In this document: in pieces, positions 51,678-61,790 of the stretch | How positions within the stretch are numbered: position 1 is the first letter of the stretch | Layout of the letters: each line of letters starts with the position of its first letter | NCBI GenBank assembly: GCA_005223125.1 | Contig: NJBH01000011.1 | Coordinates: 32,001-96,000 of the forward strand | DNA: 64,000 nt | Source: Promethearchaeota archaeon Loki_b32 | GTDB lineage: Archaea; Asgardarchaeota; Lokiarchaeia; Sigyniarchaeales; SOKP01 | Direction: 5' to 3' | Notes under the pieces: generated by a model | What the model saw: the letters and a program-made list of their open reading frames with translations, nothing else | Databases searched by the model: none | What the model was told of the DNA's origin: nothing | Made by a program: the position numbers and the translations under genes

Positions 51678-52991
51678 ATGATATTAAATTGGAATATTGA
51701 GGTTATTGTTAATTTTCTGGTAGCTGCTGTTGGATTAATTTTTACGATAACTACTTACTATTCTCCACAAGTTAAGAAAATTAAATCATTATTTTATATT
51801 AGATTAGGATTTACCGGTTTTTGGGTTTTCATGCTATTAGATGGATTAGCATTTCTATTTTTGAGTGAATTCCTTGGATTAATTAACTGTATAAATATAT
51901 TTCTCGCAACTATATTTATAATTATTGGTGTAAATTATACAATCAAAGAAACTTTTTATTCTATTGGGTTAATTATAGCTATTGGCTTAGGCGTACTACT
52001 TTTTTATGTGGGAACACAACCTGGTGCTGTTGATATAGAATTACAATCCGGGTATCTAAGAGTGAGATGGTTGGGATTATTTAATACCTTGGCGATGATA
52101 TTGAGTGGTGTTGCATTGTATTATTTATTCTATTGGGGAATAAAGACATACAAACATGCACCATTTTTAATTAAGAAGGAAGCATCCATATTTTTTATAG
52201 GGATTTTAATAGCTTCTCCTTTAAGTCTTACCTTTTATTTCCTTTATATTTTTGAACCCATTTTAATTCTAGCAAACGCCATAGCCATGTTGGTTGGTGC
52301 TATAATCATTACCCTTACAGTTATTAGTGAACCAAAATTGTTATATATATTACCTTTTACAATTCATCGAATAGTTGTGAAAGATAAAGATGGTCGACCA
52401 TTATATGATCATGACTGGTCTGAATCGAATATAACTGAAACTATTTTTACTGGATTCTTAAACGCTGTACAACTAATGAGTGAAGAGGTAATGCATATAG
52501 GAGGATTACTGGATATTCAATTAGAAGAGGGCATTTTAATTTTAAAAGAATCTAATCGAATAACAGTAGGGCTTGTATCTTCAAAATCATCAAAATTATT
52601 AAGAGATTCAGTAATTAAGTTCACTGAAGATTTTGAGAAAAAATTTGACCGTGAATTAAAGAGATCAGAAACGGAGATGTCTCACTATGATGGAGCATTT
52701 GAACTCATAGAAAAATACTTTTCTAACTTTCCTTATAAGATTATTAAAAGTAAAACAGAACCACTATTATTGAAGGGAAAGTATTTAAAAATTCCATTAG
52801 AATTAGAAACCAAACTCCGAAGTGTATTCCCAGATGATAAAGAATATGAGGCAATTAAAGCTGAATTATTGAAAGCTCCCCTTTCTTTCGCCTCTGATTT
52901 TTTCAAACTCCATGATGATTTGAAAGATGAGATGGAACGAATTTCAGGTGAAGAAGTTAAATATTTAGATGAAAATTATGAGGAAAATTAG
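51678..52991 (+). CDS. About 7-TM membrane protein with C-terminal longin-like domain
   Basis: Hydrophobic N-terminal ~220 aa, then IVVKDKDGRPLY...IFTGFLNAVQLMSEE...DIQLEEG...VGLVS...FEKKF. Confidence 0.6.
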   Translation: MILNWNIEVIVNFLVAAVGLIFTITTYYSPQVKKIKSLFYIRLGFTGFWVFMLLDGLAFLFLSEFLGLINCINIFLATIFIIIGVNYTIKETFYSIGLIIAIGLGVLLFYVGTQPGAVDIELQSGYLRVRWLGLFNTLAMILSGVALYYLFYWGIKTYKHAPFLIKKEASIFFIGILIASPLSLTFYFLYIFEPILILANAIAMLVGAIIITLTVISEPKLLYILPFTIHRIVVKDKDGRPLYDHDWSESNITETIFTGFLNAVQLMSEEVMHIGGLLDIQLEEGILILKESNRITVGLVSSKSSKLLRDSVIKFTEDFEKKFDRELKRSETEMSHYDGAFELIEKYFSNFPYKIIKSKTEPLLLKGKYLKIPLELETKLRSVFPDDKEYEAIKAELLKAPLSFASDFFKLHDDLKDEMERISGEEVKYLDENYEEN

Positions 52992-53153
52992 TAATTTTAT
53001 TTTGAATTTGACTTAAATCGCTTTTTCCATAATTTTAATTTTTTTGTAAAAATTTGGTCCTAGTAATTTTAAATATCTTGAAGATAAAAAGATTCATAAT
53101 CTATTTTTATTATTGATTATAGGGGAGATTTGGGCGAAATTCTCCCTTTTAAT

Positions 53154-53732
53154 TTATTGACTTACTCTTAAATAAATACCTTTATCAATTAAATTAATAG
53201 CAATAATATCTTTTGGTTTAACTTCCTGAATGTCTTGATAATCAAATTTAGACCTAATTAATGCCAGGACTTCCTCATATTTATTGATAACTAATAAGAG
53301 ATCTTTCTTTCTTAAAGAAATAGGAAATTTAATTATCATATTTTTCAAAATATTATTTCCATAAAGAATTGATTTTTCTCCTTTATCATTCACATAGATT
53401 CTTCTAAAACTAGAAAGTTTATTGTTTTTATATAAAAATTCAGCGCCTTCTAAACTTATATGGAAATTTCCTTTCTTAATAAAACCAAAATATAAACCTG
53501 CTGAGATTATTCTATCACTTTTCAAAGATTGTAATAAGGTATATTGATCTTTTGAAATTAGAAAAATATTTGGGAATATACTTCTTGATGTTAAACTTTC
53601 TGTTGAAAAATATAAAAATTTTTTAAAATTATTAATAATTTGCTGGAAATCTGAAGAGATTTTAGTAAGTGAAGTAATTATTATTTTCTCTTCAATTTCA
53701 TTGATCCTTCTAAACTCCAATGTTTCACTCAT
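53154..53732 (-). CDS. Nip7-like ribosome biogenesis protein (PUA domain)
   Basis: SAGLYFG...SLEG, V...GEKSILYG, D.G.YLR. Confidence 0.78.
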   Translation of the reverse strand: MSETLEFRRINEIEEKIIITSLTKISSDFQQIINNFKKFLYFSTESLTSRSIFPNIFLISKDQYTLLQSLKSDRIISAGLYFGFIKKGNFHISLEGAEFLYKNNKLSSFRRIYVNDKGEKSILYGNNILKNMIIKFPISLRKKDLLLVINKYEEVLALIRSKFDYQDIQEVKPKDIIAINLIDKGIYLRVSQ

Positions 53733-53811
53733 AATTAATTAAAATAAAAAGAAATAAGAGGTTTTATTATTATTAATCTATAAAGGTATTAAAAAATAGT
53801 GTTATCTAAAA

Positions 53812-54525
53812 ATGGGTATTCGTAAGATAGAAGATGAGATTGATTTAAAAGAAGCGATGAAAAAAAAAGCAACAGAGCTAAAGATGAAAGATATGCAAGC
53901 AAAAGCCTCTGTTGAAAAATTTACGAAAGATAAGCTTAGAGAATTAGCTAAGCAACATGGTATTTTATTAGCTCTTACACCAGAATTAAGACAAGAAGTA
54001 AAAGAGTTGCAGAAAAAGTACAATATTCCATCTTCAAAAATTATTACTGAACAAATTACTGAGCATGACGTATTGAGAAAATTCTCTAAAATTGATTACC
54101 AAAAATTGGGAATGTTAGCATATCAGAGAGTTTTAATGAGTAAAGAAGAAACTGGAGGAATAATCCCTTTATCAGAAGTGTTTGAATTAGTGAGTACTGG
54201 AATCTTGAAAGGCAATCTTGATGTGAAAGATGTGGAAAAATCTTTAAAACTACTGAAGAAAACAAGAGTTATTGAAGACGTAACTGAATTAGATTCTGGT
54301 GCTATTATTGTTCGGTTTTTTCCGATTCAATATACAGGGGATGAAGCGAAAGTTGTTAATTTGGCTAAAGAAAAAGGCGTCCTTACTTTAGAAGATGTAT
54401 GTAGTAATTTAAACTGGTCACAAGATCGTGCTATAAGAGCATTAAAGTCGCTCGAAATAAGTGGTATTACAAAATTTAGAGAAAATCTCTTAACAGGGAA
54501 ACAATGGTATTTCCCATCATTATAA
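53812..54525 (+). CDS. ESCRT-II Vps22/Vps36-like (EAP30) protein
   Basis: YQKLG...ETGGIIPLSEV...DVEKSLKLL, second winged helix LNWSQDRA..AL..L, WYFPSL end. Confidence 0.85.
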   Translation: MGIRKIEDEIDLKEAMKKKATELKMKDMQAKASVEKFTKDKLRELAKQHGILLALTPELRQEVKELQKKYNIPSSKIITEQITEHDVLRKFSKIDYQKLGMLAYQRVLMSKEETGGIIPLSEVFELVSTGILKGNLDVKDVEKSLKLLKKTRVIEDVTELDSGAIIVRFFPIQYTGDEAKVVNLAKEKGVLTLEDVCSNLNWSQDRAIRALKSLEISGITKFRENLLTGKQWYFPSL

Positions 54526-54540
54526 TAATAGCATAATTTT

Positions 54541-55446
54541 TTATTCTAATTCAATTTTAAACGCTAATTTTCCATTTTCTAACTTTAGGATTTTAGCTCT
54601 ACGATTCTTTGCTAAAATCTTGAAAATCTCCTCCAAATCTTCAAGGGGAAGTGTACTAAAATCTTCTTGTTTTGCTTCTCTTAATTCATATATCATAATA
54701 GGTTCGATTTTACCGTTATCATAAGCCCATTTCCATATCTCATCAGACCATACTTCAAGAGTTTTCCAGTATACTCTTAATCCTTCTTTTTTTTTTGATA
54801 ACCACTTAGCTTGTTTTTGGCTAATTAATTCTTCAGCAATTTCTATTATATATTGTTCACGTTTGGTGAAATTTACAAATGGTTTATGTGTAATTACCTC
54901 TCTGGTGTATAATATATGAAGAACAGCAAATCTTACATAATCAAAAAGAACTTTTGCCCATTCTGTTTTCCATGAAATATAATCGTTTTTATTTTTATTT
55001 TTATCAGGCATTGTATACATGAATTTTTTCCTTTCTTCCTCTATCCATGGATAAGCAGTTAATAAATTTTCATAAGCAGTTAATTTTTTTTCTAATAAAC
55101 CCTTTTCTCCGATAATTTCTTCTTCTAGAGTTTGCAATTCGGCTTCAACTTGCTCTGCATGCTTTTGATAAACTTTATGATCGATCTCTCCTAATTTTGA
55201 AGATAATATATCTTCTAGTTTTTCAAATTGATCTTCTATATAATCTAACTCAGTAGATTTAATTTCATCTTCTTTTATGATTTGCTTTTGAGCAGCTTCT
55301 ATTTCTAACTGTTCTTTTTCTTGTTTTAATTTTCTTAATCTTGCTAATTCTTTCCTTAATTCCTCTAGCTCTTTTTCAGCTTGTTCCTTAACTTCTTTAG
55401 GAATTTCTGTAGATTTTTCTCTCTGTCTTTCCATAGTAATCCTCAA
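54541..55446 (-). CDS. vps25: ESCRT-II Vps25-like protein with N-terminal coiled coil
   Basis: WK.EW, VYWKTLEVWSDEIWKWAYDNG...IYEL...F..L; neighbours are ESCRT genes. Confidence 0.82.
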   Translation of the reverse strand: MRITMERQREKSTEIPKEVKEQAEKELEELRKELARLRKLKQEKEQLEIEAAQKQIIKEDEIKSTELDYIEDQFEKLEDILSSKLGEIDHKVYQKHAEQVEAELQTLEEEIIGEKGLLEKKLTAYENLLTAYPWIEEERKKFMYTMPDKNKNKNDYISWKTEWAKVLFDYVRFAVLHILYTREVITHKPFVNFTKREQYIIEIAEELISQKQAKWLSKKKEGLRVYWKTLEVWSDEIWKWAYDNGKIEPIMIYELREAKQEDFSTLPLEDLEEIFKILAKNRRAKILKLENGKLAFKIELE

Positions 55447-55452
55447 AATTTA

Positions 55453-56664
55453 TTATACTTCTCCGAATTCCTCTGCCCAATCGTTATATTGTTTTAGTAG
55501 TGCTGGATGTGTCATTGGTTTTACTTTTTTGAGTGTTTTTTTGAAATCTTTCAAATTAATATCTCTAACATTAACTTCTTTATTAGAATCTTCTAAAAGA
55601 CCACTCATATCTAATTCACGTACTGGCAACATTATTACCTCACGACATACATTTGCAATATCTCTACCGGAATAACCCTCACTTCTAACAGCTAATTCAA
55701 CGTAATCTTCATTGGATAATGCTGAATCTACTCCTTCAGTATGAATCTTAAAGATTCCAGCTCTAGCTTTTAAATCTGGAAGAGGAACATGCACTCTTTT
55801 TTCAAATCTACTTAACATAGCATTGTCTATATCCCAAGGGCGATTTGTTGCCCCTAATACCAATAATATTTTGTCATGAGTTGATTTCAATCCTTGTATT
55901 TCACTTAATAACTGTGTTTTAACTCTTCGCTCGCCACCACTCTCAGAACCCTCTCCCCGTTTTGTTGCTACTGAATCTATTTCATCCATAAATATTAAAC
56001 TAGGTGCTTTTAATCTCGCAACTTTAAACAAAGAACTGATTAATTTTTCACTTTCACCTAACCATTTGCTTAGTAAATCAGCAGAAGATGCACTAAAAAA
56101 TGTAGCATTACATTCAGTTGCAGCTGCTTTCGCTAATAATGTTTTACCACATCCAGGAGGTCCAAAGAGTAATATCCCGGACCAAGGCCTTCTCGCTCCG
56201 GTAAATAATTCTGGTTTTGCTATTGGTAAAACTATAGCTTCTCTTACAGCTTGTTTAACATTTTCTAAACCTGCAATATCATTCCATTTTACATTAGGAG
56301 ATTCTGTAACAATTGTACCCGATATCATATCTATGAGTTCTTGTTCTTCGGATGATACTCCAGCTTCAGCTTTCGATTTATCATCACCCCCTGACACACC
56401 CGGTCTTCTAGAGAGTCTCGCGCTTCTAGGTCCACCAAGCTGAGATTTCAATATTTTTGCGCGATCAACATATTCTTCGATATTTTTTTGACATAACATT
56501 CTCATCTGAGGGTTCTTATTATATTTCATAAATTGCATCAATATTTCAGCTGCACGTTGATATTTGTTTATAGCTTGTCTGTATTTGCCCTGACTATCTA
56601 GAGCAACTGCCTCCTTTGCTGTCGATACAGCATATTGATAAAGTTTCGAATCTACCGACGACAT
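55453..56664 (-). CDS. vps4: Vps4 AAA+ ATPase with MIT domain
   Basis: MIT helices, PNVKWNDIAGLE, GPPGCGKT, SKWLGESEK, FMDEID, GATNRPWDID. Confidence 0.93.
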   Translation of the reverse strand: MSSVDSKLYQYAVSTAKEAVALDSQGKYRQAINKYQRAAEILMQFMKYNKNPQMRMLCQKNIEEYVDRAKILKSQLGGPRSARLSRRPGVSGGDDKSKAEAGVSSEEQELIDMISGTIVTESPNVKWNDIAGLENVKQAVREAIVLPIAKPELFTGARRPWSGILLFGPPGCGKTLLAKAAATECNATFFSASSADLLSKWLGESEKLISSLFKVARLKAPSLIFMDEIDSVATKRGEGSESGGERRVKTQLLSEIQGLKSTHDKILLVLGATNRPWDIDNAMLSRFEKRVHVPLPDLKARAGIFKIHTEGVDSALSNEDYVELAVRSEGYSGRDIANVCREVIMLPVRELDMSGLLEDSNKEVNVRDINLKDFKKTLKKVKPMTHPALLKQYNDWAEEFGEV

Positions 56665-56682
56665 GATAACTTTATAAAAACA

Positions 56683-56760
56683 ATTTTATTATTTATAGCT
56701 ATTCTAATTTAACAATCAGTAATATTAATAATTCTAACCGTATATATCAAATTTACTCTT
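56683..56760 (+). repeat. 78-bp direct repeat, left copy (includes the likely vps4 TATA box)
   Basis: 71/78 identical to 60792-60869, ungapped. Confidence 0.9.
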
Positions 56761-56964
56761 AGAAAGAAAGATAAAATATTCAACATTTATATTATTGACA
56801 TATTTTAAATATAATGGAAGAAAAAGAAAAGAATTTACGCATGAACCTTTCTAGAATTCTGTTGTCAATTTAACAATTAAGTTTTATGGAATTATAAAAT
56901 GTAATTATATATTTATATTTTTGAATTACCTTTATTATTTTAAAAGACAAATATAAGAAGTGAA

Positions 56965-58155
56965 ATGGTAGAGTTCAAGATCAATAAATATATTACATTA
57001 AAACTTGAATGGAAAAAGACTAATATCTACGTAAATAACAGACTATTTAATCAGTGTAAATACATATTAACAAGAAAAAAGATCTCTGATTTAGAAGATC
57101 TCCTTGAAATGGAATCAGTCGATGAATTATCGGAAAGTTCAATAGACTCTTTTTTAGAGAATTCATGGGATGACCTTAGGGATTTTGAGCCTGAATTCAT
57201 AGACATCCCAATAGAAACAAGATTCTGGGTTCATTGTTCAAATTTACAAGTCTGGGCAGAAAATAATTATGATACAAGATTACTTCATAGTAACCTCTCA
57301 TTTCCCTTATTGAAGCGATTGGCGAAAGCAGGTGATCCTACTGCTAAAATGGTATTCAAAGAAGAAATTGCTAAAAGATTTGCATCAAACTACCCTTCAG
57401 TGATAAACTTTCTCACTGAAAAGGGGTATGATGAATATTTGAGTAGGGAAGAGTTTTTTAATAGTATTCTTTCTAATAATCAAGCCGATACTATGATTGA
57501 ATTAGAAAAAGTAGTGAATATGAGATACAGTCTGAATGATACTGTCAATAAACCACTTAGGGAAGATAATGGAGAAGAAGTATACTTTGCTATAGATAAT
57601 AGAAATGTCGTAGAACTTGAACTTTATTACAATGAAACACATCCAGAATATTTATTAGATTTAATTCATAATTTCAATAAGCTAAAAGTACTATATTTAT
57701 ATCTTAGTGAATATACTGAAATATTTCCTAAAACATCACGGAAGTTCAATTCTTTGTTAGAATTAAAAGTTGCGATATATGGTTGGACAAAGATTCCAGA
57801 TATATTTGATAAATTTCCAAATTTGAAGACTTTAGAGATTCATGGAGAAGGAATTGTGAATGAACTAAATTCAATTACCAAACTCAAACAATTAGAAACC
57901 TTAAAACTGATCTATGTGAATATAGATAAGCTTCCAGACTCATTAGGAGACCTAAAATCGTTAAAAAATTTATTAATAAGTAATACAAATATTGATACTC
58001 TTCCAGATTCAATTGGAACCTTAAAAAATTTATCTTATCTTAGGCTATTAAGAAACCCGTTAAAAGAATTACCGAGTTCAATAAAAAATCTAAAAAATCT
58101 AAAAAAAATAAAGTTAGATAAAAATCTTCTAGAAAATCTCAGACAAGAGAAATAA
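56965..58155 (+). CDS. Leucine-rich repeat protein with Lokiarchaeia-type N-terminal domain
   Basis: FKINKYITLKLE...FW.HCSNLQVW.ENNYDTRLLH.NL.FPLLK; LPDS.G.LK.L..L repeats. Confidence 0.85.
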   Translation: MVEFKINKYITLKLEWKKTNIYVNNRLFNQCKYILTRKKISDLEDLLEMESVDELSESSIDSFLENSWDDLRDFEPEFIDIPIETRFWVHCSNLQVWAENNYDTRLLHSNLSFPLLKRLAKAGDPTAKMVFKEEIAKRFASNYPSVINFLTEKGYDEYLSREEFFNSILSNNQADTMIELEKVVNMRYSLNDTVNKPLREDNGEEVYFAIDNRNVVELELYYNETHPEYLLDLIHNFNKLKVLYLYLSEYTEIFPKTSRKFNSLLELKVAIYGWTKIPDIFDKFPNLKTLEIHGEGIVNELNSITKLKQLETLKLIYVNIDKLPDSLGDLKSLKNLLISNTNIDTLPDSIGTLKNLSYLRLLRNPLKELPSSIKNLKNLKKIKLDKNLLENLRQEK

Positions 58156-58405
58156 TCTAATCCTCAAGAAAGATATCTCTTATCGTCTTATCGTATTTAG
58201 TAGTCCCATTCTTGATTTTATGCATATAATTTCTTATAATAACTACTTTTGAATTCGTAAAATTAATTCTATAATAATATTCTCTATATATTATTCAATC
58301 TAATAATTTGATTTATAAATTAATTTAATAGAAAAGTTAAACTCTCAAAAAATATATCAAAATTTATTAATTTTTGTTTAAAAAGTTTGGATTGGATACT
58401 ATTCT

Positions 58406-59179
58406 ATGCTAAGTAAAATACAAAAAATTACTCTGGGTACTAAAGAGTGGGCAGATAGCAATGTAAACTGCTACTTAGGCTGTTCAAATAATTGTCGATA
58501 TTGTTATGCGAAAAAAATGGCAATAAGATTTAATAGGAGGACTGAGGATACGTGGAGAATAATGATCCCTAATCAAAAAAACATTAAAAAAGGGTATGCT
58601 AAGAGAAAAGGGAGGGTCATGTTCCCCAGTTCTCATGATATTACATATGAAAGTTTAGAAGGCTGCATTATTGTATTAGAGAAACTTTTAAATGCAGGAA
58701 ACGATGTGTTGATTACTACTAAACCTAGATTAAAATGTATTAAAAAGATTTGCAGGCTTTTTTTTAAAAAAAAAGAATTAATCCAATTTAGGTTTACCAT
58801 AACTTCACTTTCAAATGAACTATTAAAATTTTGGGAGCCCTTTGCTCCTTTATTTGAGGAAAGAATCAATGCATTGAAATTTGCATTTAATAAGGGTTAT
58901 ATGACTAGTGTCTCAATTGAGCCCTTTTTAGATGAAGACCCTTTTACCTTGGTCGAAACTCTATATCCTTATATAACTGAATCAATATGGATTGGGAAAA
59001 TGAATTATGTTTTCACCAAGAATATAAAGTCTAAATTCATCAATTTTTATAACCATATTGAAAAGATAAACTCTAAAGAAAATCTGTTAAGGATCGTAAA
59101 GAGAGCAAAAAATTATGATGAATCTATTATTAGAATTAAGGATAGCATTCATAATTTTTTAAATAAAAACAATATATAA
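58406..59179 (+). CDS. Radical SAM protein, DUF5131/SPL-like
   Basis: EW...N...GCSNNCRYCYAKKMA.RF, SHD, TTKP, SVSIEP. Confidence 0.78.
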   Translation: MLSKIQKITLGTKEWADSNVNCYLGCSNNCRYCYAKKMAIRFNRRTEDTWRIMIPNQKNIKKGYAKRKGRVMFPSSHDITYESLEGCIIVLEKLLNAGNDVLITTKPRLKCIKKICRLFFKKKELIQFRFTITSLSNELLKFWEPFAPLFEERINALKFAFNKGYMTSVSIEPFLDEDPFTLVETLYPYITESIWIGKMNYVFTKNIKSKFINFYNHIEKINSKENLLRIVKRAKNYDESIIRIKDSIHNFLNKNNI

Positions 59180-59290
59180 TAATTAAATCAAGATTTAAAA
59201 TATTTAACAAAAAATTACTAAACTTATTATCATTGGGAAATTAAAACAATTATTATTTTTAAATTCTATAAAGTAAAAATCGAATCTTTA

Positions 59291-59310
59291 TGTCGGTTTT
59301 TGTCGGTTTT
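59291..59310 (+). promoter_or_regulatory. Perfect tandem 10-mer (TGTCGGTTTT)x2, possible operator
   Basis: Direct repeat in the AT-rich spacer upstream of the TcmP-like gene. Confidence 0.35.
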
Positions 59311-59354
59311 TATGTAATTTATACAATAATTACCTAATAATTTTATTTATAAAG

Positions 59355-60383
59355 GTGTTCCTTAACATTATTCATCAAATGGCTAATACTAAGAAGAAAA
59401 CCAATTTTGAATTTCATCTGCAAAATATAAAGAAGTTAGATAATGATTGGAGATTTTTAGAAAAAATTCCAAATTTTCCTTATAAAAATCCAAATTTTTA
59501 CTATTCTAGGGGTGATAATAGCGGATGGTGGATGGCTATCAAGCAAACCGCTTTCAGAGGATATATAACCGCATATCTCTCAATTTTGGGGAAAGTAAGT
59601 GACCGGAAACTTTATTTTATTGATCCTTTAAGTAGTTATGGTTTGGTTAGAGTTACGAAAAATCAGGGAAAAGATAGATTTACATTCCCTGGTACTTCTA
59701 TTAATGCTGAATTAATATCTAATCGTAAAAAAAAAGGATTTGATGGTTTTTATATAAATGATTTAAAGCCTACAGAAAGAAAAATATTAAACGAGAGAAT
59801 GTTGTCAATTAAAAATTATTATAAAAGTAATAGTGAAATCAACATTGACTTAAGTAACGATAGAATTGATTCTAATAAATGGCTCATTGATACAATGAGA
59901 GTTATCGATGAGGAAAATAGTTTTTATCATTGTTTGATCATAATTGATAATCAAGCTATGGATATCTATTATGATACTATTCAGCAAGTTAGAGAAATCA
60001 GTGAATTTAGTGATGTTATAATTACTTTTCAAGACGCTAATATTGCTCGAGCAGTTCCCTCAGGAACTCCAAAGATTAAGAAGTTTTTTGGATGTGAAAT
60101 TCCCACTGACACAAAAGATCCAAGAAAAGTCTTATGTAATATATATTGTTCCCAATTAAGCAAAGTTAATTTACCTAAAATTCAGAAAATGAAAGTGGCT
60201 TCTGAAAATAAATTTTACTATACATTATTATTTTGTTGTCGACAGAAAGCCACAGGAAAATGGTTTAAAATAATCAAATATTACAATGATGAAAGATTTA
60301 AGAACTTCACAGATAGAGATCAAAAAAGAATGTGGGACATTAAGGAAGGTAAACAGCTAAGTCTTACTCATGATTGGAATTGA
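59355..60383 (+). CDS. TcmP-like (three-Cys-motif partner) protein
   Basis: W...K......Y...Y..I, YFIDPLSSYG, PGTSI, IDSN, IIID, YTLLFC; follows a three-Cys radical SAM gene; ATG 59378 is an alternative start. Confidence 0.65.
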   Translation: MFLNIIHQMANTKKKTNFEFHLQNIKKLDNDWRFLEKIPNFPYKNPNFYYSRGDNSGWWMAIKQTAFRGYITAYLSILGKVSDRKLYFIDPLSSYGLVRVTKNQGKDRFTFPGTSINAELISNRKKKGFDGFYINDLKPTERKILNERMLSIKNYYKSNSEINIDLSNDRIDSNKWLIDTMRVIDEENSFYHCLIIIDNQAMDIYYDTIQQVREISEFSDVIITFQDANIARAVPSGTPKIKKFFGCEIPTDTKDPRKVLCNIYCSQLSKVNLPKIQKMKVASENKFYYTLLFCCRQKATGKWFKIIKYYNDERFKNFTDRDQKRMWDIKEGKQLSLTHDWN

Positions 60384-60585
60384 AACGTTTTAATGATTTT
60401 TTACTATTATCCTCCTTTTTATGTTATGAAATTTGTATTATAATGTAAAAAAAATTTCGATTAAAGAGTATCATATGACAATTTTTCCTATTTATTATTA
60501 AAATCTAATTCCCTTATTTATTAAATCATTAAAAGAACTTCATAAAATAAATATAACATTAAGTTCATTCTTATTATTTGAGATA

Positions 60586-60792
60586 ATGCATAAAATTTTC
60601 TTTCGGAATCAAGGTCAAGGAAAAGAGATCTCATTATCTGAAGATCATCTTCTAAATATACTTATCAATGAGTTTCAATTTGCTAATGATATTGAAATTA
60701 ACTTATGTTTGTTCGGGAATCTAGGGAATGAACTTTTTCTTGACCCTCACCTAGAAAGGAAATTAGAAAATGAAATTAAAGATAGAAGCTGA
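60586..60792 (+). CDS. Small hypothetical protein
   Basis: 68-aa ORF whose stop abuts the right direct repeat. Confidence 0.45.
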   Translation: MHKIFFRNQGQGKEISLSEDHLLNILINEFQFANDIEINLCLFGNLGNELFLDPHLERKLENEIKDRS

Positions 60793-60869
60793 TTTTACTA
60801 TTTATAGCTAATCTTATTTAACAATCAGTAATATTAATAGTTTTATCAGTATATATCAAATTTACTCTT
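60792..60869 (+). repeat. 78-bp direct repeat, right copy
   Basis: 71/78 identical to 56683-56760. Confidence 0.9.
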
Positions 60870-60961
60870 TAAATGAATGAGAATAAAGAATGGTCTCCAA
60901 AAAATTAAATACCCATCATAGCATTTATATATTATATAATTACTAATTAGATTTGATAAAT

Positions 60962-61597
60962 ATGGGTTTTCTAAAGGATATTTCAAAATGGTTGTCTGGT
61001 GGTAAGAGTAAAGATGGTCCCCGCTCTGCTGCGATTAAATTGAAAGTATTTAATAAAAGATTGATGAGACAAACAAAAAAATTAGAAATTAGCGCAAAAC
61101 TTGCAAGAGATAAAGCCGTAAATTTAAGAAAACAGGGAGATTTAGACGGTTCAAAATTTCATGCGAGGAATTACCTTCAAGTAAAGAAGCAAGCGAGAGC
61201 TGTGGAAATGTTTCGCACCAATTTGGAAGGGCTCCTTTTCAAATTAGAACAAGCAAATGCAGTTAAAGACGTATCTCAAATCATGACAGGTATTGCCCAG
61301 TCTCTAGCAACTTTAAAAAGCCAGCTTTCGGTGCCACAAATGACACAATTGATGAGTCAAATCGACATTGACATGGAAGAATTTGCCGTTACTGCTGATA
61401 TCGCAACAGACGGTATGGATAGTATCAGTATTGATACTGCTGTGATGGATTCAGACGTATCTGAGGTTCTCGGAGAAATTGATGCCGAAATCCAGGTAGA
61501 AATGGGAGTTGCTTTACCAAGTGCGGCTTCTGGTGCTTCTGATGAGAAGATAGCTGAATTAGAGAAAGAATTAAAGCGATTGAAATCTGACGAATAA
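60962..61597 (+). CDS. ESCRT-III protein, Vps2/24/46 class (Snf7 family)
   Basis: Basic N-terminal helices, acidic C-terminal half, terminal MIM1-like ELEKELKRLK. Confidence 0.88.
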   Translation: MGFLKDISKWLSGGKSKDGPRSAAIKLKVFNKRLMRQTKKLEISAKLARDKAVNLRKQGDLDGSKFHARNYLQVKKQARAVEMFRTNLEGLLFKLEQANAVKDVSQIMTGIAQSLATLKSQLSVPQMTQLMSQIDIDMEEFAVTADIATDGMDSISIDTAVMDSDVSEVLGEIDAEIQVEMGVALPSAASGASDEKIAELEKELKRLKSDE

Positions 61598-61790
61598 AGT
61601 TAGTCTTTTTATTATTCACTTAATTTAATCACTCGGCAAAATTGAGGCAAGTTTGATTTTTATATTCAATTTTTAATCAATAATCAAGATCTTTTTTCAA
61701 AAGATAAGAAATAATAAAAAATATAAGTATTTCCTTTAGATTAAATTTAAAAAGATACTAAATAATTATTGATTTAATTATATAACTATT

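Noticed and set aside
53121-53148. GC-rich hairpin between convergent genes
   Set aside because: Short, bulged, single copy; at most a terminator or stability element
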